This document shows positions 33,622-41,337 of a DNA stretch of 64,000 nucleotides, in pieces. Origin of the DNA: Opitutia bacterium. GTDB lineage: Bacteria > Verrucomicrobiota > Verrucomicrobiia > Opitutales > T3Sed10-336. A model generated the notes under the pieces. The model saw only the letters and a program-made list of their open reading frames with translations. It was not told where the DNA came from and searched no databases. Where the stretch lies: the NCBI GenBank assembly GCA_003566885.1, contig PXBO01000107.1, positions 17,924 to 81,923 on the forward strand. Direction: 5' to 3'. The position numbers and the translations under genes were made by a program. The first letter of the stretch is position 1. Each line of letters begins with the position of its first letter.

Positions 33622-36372
33622 CTATTTCCTGAGCAAAAGAATTTCATGATTTTCATCTCCCAACCTTAGGACCAGGGGAAACGCGACGTGCGGCTCCACA
33701 TAAAGCTCGTGTACCACCTCTCCGTCGAGGTGGACCTCGTACCCTCCTTCCGGCAATCCGCTGAGAATCATCTCTCCCTCGGTCCGCGCGGCATCGGACC
33801 GCTCCAAGGTGAAGCCAACGTAATCGAGAGCGTGATGTACCCGAATTTCCCGTCCCGCGGCGAAGCGGTCCTGGATCAGCTCAAGGTGAAAACGCTGGTT
33901 GGCCTCCGGCCGGATCACGTGGAACCGGCGCCGGATTCCGTCGCGGGGCTCGACCCGCGACTCCTGTTCATTTCGCTCCAGTGATCCCCCCAGGGCGATC
34001 GGACCAAAGGTCGGATCGTTGGTCAGAACCGTTCGGCCGGCGCGAAGAAAGCCGCAAAAGCCCAAATCGATTTCACAGCCGTAATACCACGAACCGCGGC
34101 TGTGCGGGTTGGTCAGCCAGTTGCTTCCGTACGCTTCGGGCTCGAAACCGCCTCCTGCCCCGCCGTCGTTGATCTCCCCGGGATACCAGTACCCGAAACC
34201 GGTCTCATCGGTGCCGGTATTCATAAGAGCCCATGAACTGAGAATGGAACCGTAGCCGAGCTTGAGGTGCTCGTGCGGATCGGCCGCGTAATGCAGCGAG
34301 TGGTCCAAAATAGCCCAGCCGCCCATCTGGGACATGTAACTGAGGAGGTACCCCGCGTTTGTCCTCCGGTAGTCGGAGCCGTAGGTGTAATAGTGGGGTT
34401 CGAGCCATCCCCGCGCACCGACGTTCAGGTCGATCTGGTGGCGCATGAAGGCGTCCACCTGCTCCCGCGTGACATCCATGGCCAAAAGCGGGTCGGCCGG
34501 TCGGTCAACGTGCGCGTCGGCGTACTGGGCCAGTGCGTGGGTGGATTCGAACCCGGTGGTATCGAAACCGTATTCCGAATAGAAGAGCCGAGGGTTTCCG
34601 GCGACGAAGTAATTGATCTTCTTTTCCCAGTGCCGGCGCAGGCGGTGAGCTTCATCTTCCCGCCCGGTCTCTTCGAGGTCTTCGAGCAGTTGATTGACAA
34701 GAACCTCGTTAAAGTAACCGGTCTCGTGCTGATACGCCGGGTGGCCGTCGTAAACTTCCACCGGATAGATAAAAAACGCGATAGCGGTCTGGTACGCCCG
34801 GTCCAGGTATTCCTCCGCGGTCAGACGGGTTTCGATCGAAGGATGATTCTTCGCCACACGGTACATGCCGTGGTACATCAGCATAATGTGGGGATAATCG
34901 TACGCCCGAAACACGCGCGAGCGACGGTACTGACGCGGGTCGGGGCTGTTACGGTTCGCGTACCAGTTCGGAATACCGTAAATCGCATACGGGTAGGTTT
35001 CCTCCGGGGTCATCTGCAAACCGCCCCACACGAAGTTTTCGATGTAATAATCCAGCGCCGACACTTCTTCCTGGACGGGAAACTCGGCGTTCTTCGCCGC
35101 GAGAAACGCCGGCCTCGAGAGGCCCGGATCGTCGCTGGCAATCATGTAGCGGCGTGAGGCAGGAATGTCGTGGGGTTCATCCGGCGTGAGGAGCACTTCG
35201 TCCTTCATACTCCAGTCACTCAGCAGCCCGTCGTACCATTTCGATTCGTCACGGATCTGCTGCCGCTCGACGATGAAACGCGCGCGTTTGTTGATCAGCG
35301 TCTCGAGGGGTTCGGTCACAAAAAACTCGATCCACTGTTTTTGCCCTTCCCCGAAATGCACGGTCAACGTGTTCTCGCCGAGACGTCGCATGCGAACGCG
35401 GTGAATGTCTTGACCGTCCTCCTCGGAAAGAAGTTCGATCTCGGTCTGTTCGGGAAACTCGGGCTCGATACCGTGAATCGTTGCGCTACTTCGCAAAGCG
35501 ATCAGTGCCTCCAGGTCGGAAGGCACCGTCATGCCGGGCGCCACTTCGACATCGACCAGCCCGTGCGCGGCGATGCGGGCGCGCACATCGTCGTATCCAT
35601 CCGCCCACGACAACCGGAATCCCCGGGCAAGGCTTTGACCGGGTTCAATAGTCGCCGAAGTGTGCTCCCAGCGCCAGCGCCCTCCCTCGTCCGCGATCAC
35701 TTCCTTTTGACCGCGGGAGTGAACATAGGCATGATAGAGCGAAGTTCCGCTCTCGCTCACGGGATGGCGTCGATAGTACTCCAGCGCGGTTCCCGCCTCG
35801 GGCAACATCAGGAGGTACGGCGGTTCGGTCGTCCAGCGGGTCCAAAATACATACGAGCCGTCGCCGGCAATATGCGAATGCTGAAGGACCCTGAGGGAAA
35901 AATTAGGGTGGTTGGTGGAATTCGACGGCACGGGGAAGCCGAGATCGCCAATCTCCAAGGGCAGTTCTCCCGAATTGGTCAACTCGATCCTCCATAGCAG
36001 GTCATCTCCGGACAGGGTAACGCCCCAGGCAAGAGCGAGCTCACCGTCACCGACACTTCGAATTGCGGCGGCGGAAAAAGTTCCGTCCGCCTGGTGGCGC
36101 AAATCAAGATCGGCGTTCTCCGATGCCAGGGCCGCGGTTTCGATCCTGTCCCAATCCGGCTGATCGCCCGCACGTGCCCGGATCACCCAATCTCCAAAGC
36201 GTTCTCCCTGCCGGATGTAGTCGGTGGGAAAGCGATCCCCCTGGTGCTTCAGGCTGGTGATTGCACCACGGTCGCTCTCGAGCTCGAAACGATACCCCGT
36301 TTCCGCGTCCTGGGCAAAAACACTCCCGATCAGCGGGTACGCGACCAGCGGAAGATAGCTTAAAGGTTTCAT
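33622..36372 (-). CDS. Secreted 916-aa protein of unknown function (glycoside-hydrolase-like by context only)
   Basis: Long ORF with signal-like MKPLSYLPLVAYPLIGSVFAQDA. I recognise no catalytic motif. The stop TAG (33622-33624) is 1 nt from the next gene's ATG. Confidence 0.75.
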   Translation of the reverse strand: MKPLSYLPLVAYPLIGSVFAQDAETGYRFELESDRGAITSLKHQGDRFPTDYIRQGERFGDWVIRARAGDQPDWDRIETAALASENADLDLRHQADGTFSAAAIRSVGDGELALAWGVTLSGDDLLWRIELTNSGELPLEIGDLGFPVPSNSTNHPNFSLRVLQHSHIAGDGSYVFWTRWTTEPPYLLMLPEAGTALEYYRRHPVSESGTSLYHAYVHSRGQKEVIADEGGRWRWEHTSATIEPGQSLARGFRLSWADGYDDVRARIAAHGLVDVEVAPGMTVPSDLEALIALRSSATIHGIEPEFPEQTEIELLSEEDGQDIHRVRMRRLGENTLTVHFGEGQKQWIEFFVTEPLETLINKRARFIVERQQIRDESKWYDGLLSDWSMKDEVLLTPDEPHDIPASRRYMIASDDPGLSRPAFLAAKNAEFPVQEEVSALDYYIENFVWGGLQMTPEETYPYAIYGIPNWYANRNSPDPRQYRRSRVFRAYDYPHIMLMYHGMYRVAKNHPSIETRLTAEEYLDRAYQTAIAFFIYPVEVYDGHPAYQHETGYFNEVLVNQLLEDLEETGREDEAHRLRRHWEKKINYFVAGNPRLFYSEYGFDTTGFESTHALAQYADAHVDRPADPLLAMDVTREQVDAFMRHQIDLNVGARGWLEPHYYTYGSDYRRTNAGYLLSYMSQMGGWAILDHSLHYAADPHEHLKLGYGSILSSWALMNTGTDETGFGYWYPGEINDGGAGGGFEPEAYGSNWLTNPHSRGSWYYGCEIDLGFCGFLRAGRTVLTNDPTFGPIALGGSLERNEQESRVEPRDGIRRRFHVIRPEANQRFHLELIQDRFAAGREIRVHHALDYVGFTLERSDAARTEGEMILSGLPEGGYEVHLDGEVVHELYVEPHVAFPLVLRLGDENHEILLLRK

Positions 36373-36462
36373 CGAATGTATGGCAGTACCCCTCAGTTAA
36401 TGATTTCCACCCCTACCAACCGCAGTCTGCCCTTGAGTTCGACCGACCTTGTCCAGCCGTCG

Positions 36463-39400
36463 TTATTCGGGCTGAATCTTTAGATAGACGGAGTGCCGCT
36501 CAGTGCCAAACTCAAAAAACGGCTTTAGCGCCAAACCGTTAATACCGAAGCGCAACGATTCGGGATTTCCTTCCAGCGAGGATCCCGGATCGTCGACATT
36601 CAGAGTCACCCGGCGCCAGTCCGATAGTGCCGTCTCCTCCTCAACCGCCAGCAGGACCGGCCCGTAGAAGATACTGGCGAGGTCCGGTCGATCCATAACC
36701 CGGTGCAGGCGGAAACCGAAGGGAAAGTGCAGATCCACCGTATCGCCGTCCGACCAGACCCGATCGATCCGAAGGTAGGACCCGGGAATCATTTCCTCGG
36801 CCGGGGATTCACCGTTTACGGTCACGCTGGCGCCTTCACCCGCCCATCCCGGAATTCTCACGAAAAGCTCAAAGCGATCACCGTCACCCTCGACCGTAAG
36901 CCTCGTATTTTCACCGTAAGGGTACCGGGTCTCCTGCCTGATCAAGACGTCGCGTTCGCTCCAGGTGAGAGTCGAAGGAATATACAGATTAACGTACAGG
37001 GCGGTATCGTCCCGGTTTCTGAAATAGATGGAATTTTGCAGTTTCGTATTGCTGTCCAGCGCGGTGCCGTTGCAACAGGTGAAACCGATCATGTTCGCGT
37101 TTCCAAACCCCTTGCGCGCCCCGGGATTCAGCGGCACATGATAGGTATTTCCGGCATGCTCGAGCGAAACCGAGGCCAGGATCTGATTATAAAGCGCCTG
37201 CTCATAGTAATCCATGTAACGCCCGTCCTGATTGTGCATGAATAGGTCGCGGGTCAACTTGAGAAGATTATAGGTGGCGCAGGTTTCATTCTGTCCTCCC
37301 TGGGAGAAGCCCATGGCAAACAAACTGTCCGGCTCCGCGGTATAACACTCGGCGTTGTTCGGATTGCGGGCCCCGGCCACTCCTCCGATGCTGTAGGTGT
37401 AGGCGTGATACGAATAATTCCAGAAGTTCTCCGCGATGTGATAATAATCGGGAACTCCGGATTGGCGAAAAATCCTGAGCGCGCCGATGATCTGAGGTAT
37501 GTGCTGATTGGAGTGCAACCCCCGAATCGTGTCGACGTTACGGGCCAGCCCGTGAGGACGGTCCGCGCCGCCGTAAAAGAAGGACACATTGTCAAAAATT
37601 CGAGCGCCCTCAAGGAACCGCTCGTCGCCGGTCTCCGCATGCAACCGGGCCATGACCGCGTTCATTCCGCCGTACTCCCCGGCAATATAGCGCCCCCACA
37701 TGCTCTCAAGCGTATCGTCGGGCAGCGGCCTGAGTCGTTCGAAAACCCACAATCCCATGTGGGTTGCGACGGCCAATCCCCTGTCATCGGCGGTCACTTC
37801 ATAACAATCGAGCAGCCCCTTAAGGATCTTATCGAGGGTGTAGTAGGGCGCCCAGATCTGACGATCGCTCCCGCCATACGTCGCGCCGTCTTCCAGCATA
37901 ATAAATTGGTCGGGAGGGTAAGCGCTGATAAACCCTTCGCCCCAATTCCAGTAATCGGTGCGGATACCGTCCTCGGTGAGATCGGAATCGTACCTTTCCT
38001 TTCCCGGCCCCACCGGAACCGCGGTCGGATCGGCGTTATACTCGCCGCCTTCGGAGGTGGGACGTCCGGACCTCGAAGCCAGTTCGTAGAGGACTTCCAC
38101 CATGTAATCCATCTTTTCGCGCAACGCCGCACGTGCCTCGTCGTCGTGGGTCGCGCCCGCGTAGCCCTGAGCCAGGGCGGTCAGATAATGCCCGGTGGCA
38201 TGACCTCTCAGCTTGACCGTTCGCGCGTCCCAGCCCCGCAGCGGCTCGGCGCCTTCCGGCTGCGGTTGACCAAAAGCGTCTCGAAACATGTAAAGGAACT
38301 GGTCCGGCGAACTGGCCATCAGGCCCTCGATGAACTTGTCCCGGTTTTCCATGAACGGCGTGGCTTCGCCCCGGTCATCCGGTTCCAGGTGTACGGCGTT
38401 CAAGGCGAAGGGATACAAGTCCCGACCGGGCCCCGCGCCATCGACGCTTGTTCCGCGGTACACCACCACTCCCGAATCGATCCCCAATTCGTCGCCATCT
38501 GCTGTTCTCGGCTCCTCCAGCGGCGCTCCGGAGGACTTGACCAACACCCTCGCCCGAGGGCGAAGGTCGGTACCCGGAACAGTGCCGGTCAGAAAATACT
38601 CTCCCGTGCTCATCACTGCGGAAATATCGTTCGGCGCCGGCCAGATCACCCGAACCGGCGGCCCTTCACGTCCGTTGGCGTAGTCTCCCGGCAGGTACCA
38701 CGGCAGGTGCGGCAATCGCCCCTGGCGGGTCTCAACTTCAACATCCGGAACCCCCAGCAACCCGGCCGCGATCGCCCAAGCCGCACGATCGGCGGCGACA
38801 AAGCCGTCGGCATCCTCGGCGGCCGGACCCTCGGTCACTCCCGTAAAAATCCGGTTCACCTCGTGGTCCGCCAGCGCGATGTTATAGAGGCGAACGTCGT
38901 ACAGTCGCGCGATGTCGGTACCGTCAACTCCGGATGGGGATCCCAGGAACAGGCGGTTTCCGGCAGCATCATCCGGTGGAAAAACTTCATCCAACAGCAC
39001 CTCGACCTCGCCGGTCACTCCGACCCTTTCACCGTTGAGATAGAGGCTCAGGGTCCTGCGGGAAGGATCCAACACCACCGCCATATGCGCCCACTCGCCC
39101 GCAGGAACGGAGACTTCGCCGGAATCGACGGTATGGACTCCCTCGTTCGCGGTCAATTGGACGGCAACCGACCGATCCGCCGACCACTCCGCTCCAAGAT
39201 GTCCGCCGGCACTGGAACGAAAATCAAAAAAAACGCCCGGCGCCCCATCGGACCGGATCTGCCACCATCCGCTGAGAGAAAAAGCGTCGGCCGAGGCCAG
39301 GGCGACACCGGGAACCCTGGGGAAGCCGCCGTTATCACCGGGCGTCGACAGAACCGTTCCGAACGTCGCGTCCTCTGGATAACCCGTTCTTTCCCCGGGA

Positions 39401-39582
39401 GGAAGGCTCGCATGATACGCGTTTCTGGAAGCGTCCCGCAAATGGCCGTCAAAAGGATACCGCGCGATCAGCGCCGTTTCGCCGATCCCGTCGAGAATCT
39501 GATCCCCCGCCTCCTCCGCCGATCCGGTAATTGCGCTCATCATGCCCACACACACCAGTGCCAGTATCCTATTTTTTTTCAT
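36463..39582 (-). CDS. LamG-domain + DUF1680 (GH127/GH146-like) putative beta-L-arabinofuranosidase
   Basis: The ORF runs 36463..39603; the start is set at Met8 (cat at 39580-39582), giving MKKNRILALVCVGMMSAITGSA. LamG segment: ..EWAHMAVVLDPSRRTLSLYLNGERVG.. DUF1680-like motifs: RGHATGHYLTALA, WAPYYTLDKILKGLLD, GQNETCATYNLLKL (E-x-C) and IGFTCCNGT (CC, nt 37072-37077). These match the Glu/Cys3 zinc site and Cys nucleophile arrangement described for GH127. Confidence 0.8.
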   Translation of the reverse strand: MKKNRILALVCVGMMSAITGSAEEAGDQILDGIGETALIARYPFDGHLRDASRNAYHASLPPGERTGYPEDATFGTVLSTPGDNGGFPRVPGVALASADAFSLSGWWQIRSDGAPGVFFDFRSSAGGHLGAEWSADRSVAVQLTANEGVHTVDSGEVSVPAGEWAHMAVVLDPSRRTLSLYLNGERVGVTGEVEVLLDEVFPPDDAAGNRLFLGSPSGVDGTDIARLYDVRLYNIALADHEVNRIFTGVTEGPAAEDADGFVAADRAAWAIAAGLLGVPDVEVETRQGRLPHLPWYLPGDYANGREGPPVRVIWPAPNDISAVMSTGEYFLTGTVPGTDLRPRARVLVKSSGAPLEEPRTADGDELGIDSGVVVYRGTSVDGAGPGRDLYPFALNAVHLEPDDRGEATPFMENRDKFIEGLMASSPDQFLYMFRDAFGQPQPEGAEPLRGWDARTVKLRGHATGHYLTALAQGYAGATHDDEARAALREKMDYMVEVLYELASRSGRPTSEGGEYNADPTAVPVGPGKERYDSDLTEDGIRTDYWNWGEGFISAYPPDQFIMLEDGATYGGSDRQIWAPYYTLDKILKGLLDCYEVTADDRGLAVATHMGLWVFERLRPLPDDTLESMWGRYIAGEYGGMNAVMARLHAETGDERFLEGARIFDNVSFFYGGADRPHGLARNVDTIRGLHSNQHIPQIIGALRIFRQSGVPDYYHIAENFWNYSYHAYTYSIGGVAGARNPNNAECYTAEPDSLFAMGFSQGGQNETCATYNLLKLTRDLFMHNQDGRYMDYYEQALYNQILASVSLEHAGNTYHVPLNPGARKGFGNANMIGFTCCNGTALDSNTKLQNSIYFRNRDDTALYVNLYIPSTLTWSERDVLIRQETRYPYGENTRLTVEGDGDRFELFVRIPGWAGEGASVTVNGESPAEEMIPGSYLRIDRVWSDGDTVDLHFPFGFRLHRVMDRPDLASIFYGPVLLAVEEETALSDWRRVTLNVDDPGSSLEGNPESLRFGINGLALKPFFEFGTERHSVYLKIQPE

Positions 39583-40163
39583 ACGAGTCTCCATCAAGTT
39601 CACCTTTGTTTCAAACCGGCCGAAAATAGCTTAATGCGAGCTCACTCCGCTCGAACCGTTCCGCATCCCGGGTCAGCCAAGGTTCCAGGTCGGCGAGGCA
39701 CACCCTTGAAGGTACCGTGTCGGTCCGCCGGACGTTTACCAAACCTTCGTTTTCTTCCATTTCGCCGGCGAAAGGCAGCCAACCGAACTCTTCGTCATTC
39801 CGGAGAGCGACGCCATGGAGGCTGCATTGTACCGACCGCGTTCGATTCCTTATAAACCCACTGCTCGCCCGAATGCTCATAATTCTGCCCGGTTGTAGGC
39901 ATTATTAATTGATGCAGAACAAATCCATTAATAAGCCCGAAAAATTAGCGAAACGGGATCCTGAAAGAACAGCAGTAAAACAGAGTGAAATTTAAACACC
40001 GCCGCGTTTCAAGAATAATTTACAACAATCGGCGCAACCACCAACCAGACCGTCTTATTGTGAAGTTCGATCCCGGTCACCACGGCGCCCTATACAGCAA
40101 AGCCGATCACCAGGGAGGCCCGGGATTGCTGATAGCTACACTATTGTCATGAAATTTCCTCTA

Positions 40164-40213
40164 CTAGCAGCCTGTCGGACTTAGGCGGTAGCCTAAGTCC
40201 GACAGGCTGCTAG
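40164..40213. repeat. Long perfect palindrome (23-bp arms, 4-nt loop) overlapping the trpS stop codon; probable terminator or REP-like element
   Basis: ctagcagcctgtcggacttaggc-ggta-gcctaagtccgacaggctgctag. The terminal ctag contains the trpS TAG stop (minus strand). It shares the core CTAG-nAG-nCTGTCGG with the palindrome at 51903..51938. Confidence 0.7.
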
Positions 40214-41214
40214 GCGCGCTCCACAAAACCGGCTTTGCGGTAGACTTTTCGCAGGGTTTTGAACGCCCGGGCCTGCGCCACCTCTGCGCCTTCCTTCAGT
40301 ACCCCGTGAAGAAACGTTTTATCCTCGATAATTTCACGATAACGTTCCTGGAACGGCTCGAGGTGGGCGATGAGCGCGTCGGCCAGGGCGTTTTTGAAGG
40401 TTCCGTAACCGGAATCTCCAAACTCCCGCTCCAGGTCCTCGACGGAGCGGCCGGTAATCGCACTGAAAATGTTGAGCAGGTTGGCGATCCCGGGTTTTTC
40501 CGGCGCCATACGGACTTCCGTGTCGGAGTCGGTTACGGCGCTGAGGATTTTCTTCCGAATGGCCTGGGGAGAATCCAGAAGCAGAATGGCCTCGCCGGGA
40601 TTCTCGTCGGATTTCGACATTTTCCGGGAGGGATCCTGCAGCGACATGATGCGGGCGCCCGCCCTGGGAATGTAGGGTTCGGGGACCTTGAAGGTCTCCG
40701 AGTAGGTGTGATTGAATCGCTGGGCAATGTTCCGCGCCAATTCGAGGTGCTGTTTCTGATCCTCGCCCACCGGCACGCGGTCGGCATTGTAGAGCAGTAT
40801 ATCGGCCGCCATCAGCACAGGATAAAATAGGAGCCCCGCATTCACACTGGCTCCCGGTTTACTGGATTTATCCTTGAACTGGGTCATGCGGTGCAGCTCG
40901 CCGACCGGAGTGAGGCAACTGAGTATCCAGCTCAGCTCCGTATGCCCGATCACCTGAGACTGCAGGAAAATATGCGATTTTTGGGGATCCAAGCCGCAGG
41001 CGATGTACTGGGCCAGGCACTGGTAGGTGTGCTTGCGCAGCTCGGCGGGCACGTAACCCACGGTGATGGCGTGCAGGTCCACGATAGGAAAAAAACATTC
41101 GTATTCCTCCAGCATTATGGCCCAGTTCTTAATCGCCCCGAGGTAATTGCCCAAGGTCAGCTCGCCCGAGGGTTTGGCTCCGGTCAGAATCAATGGTTTT
41201 GGTGTCTCACTCAT
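40210..41214 (-). CDS. trpS: Tryptophan--tRNA ligase
   Basis: The start is set at MSETPKPLILTGAKPSGELTLGNYLGA (cat at 41212-41214). Class I motifs are the HIGH-like TLGNY and KMSKS. Length is about 334 aa. Confidence 0.95.
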   Translation of the reverse strand: MSETPKPLILTGAKPSGELTLGNYLGAIKNWAIMLEEYECFFPIVDLHAITVGYVPAELRKHTYQCLAQYIACGLDPQKSHIFLQSQVIGHTELSWILSCLTPVGELHRMTQFKDKSSKPGASVNAGLLFYPVLMAADILLYNADRVPVGEDQKQHLELARNIAQRFNHTYSETFKVPEPYIPRAGARIMSLQDPSRKMSKSDENPGEAILLLDSPQAIRKKILSAVTDSDTEVRMAPEKPGIANLLNIFSAITGRSVEDLEREFGDSGYGTFKNALADALIAHLEPFQERYREIIEDKTFLHGVLKEGAEVAQARAFKTLRKVYRKAGFVERA

Positions 41215-41337
41215 GCTGGTCGCCCTTGGAACTACAAGGATCCCCAAACAATGTTCAAGGTCCAAAGTCGGGGACAATCGGATATCGGGTCGACCGGGAT
41301 CCCGCGAACCGGCCGATCGCGATCACCACGCTCGTTA

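Noticed and set aside
39611-39880. 89-codon ORF just upstream of the GH127/146-like gene, as a real small protein or regulator remnant.
   Set aside because: It has no motif, no signal peptide, and mixed third-position composition. It is kept only as a remark in the leader-region finding. Ribosome profiling or homolog searches would be needed.
40061-40083. tRNA-like T-loop string (gaaGTTCGATCCcggtcaccac). It could mark a tRNA gene or an integration (att) scar next to the accessory block.
   Set aside because: The flanking bases cannot form a T-stem or acceptor stem and no D/anticodon arms are visible upstream. No integrase or direct repeat partner was found, so this is treated as chance. A tRNAscan/Infernal run would settle it.
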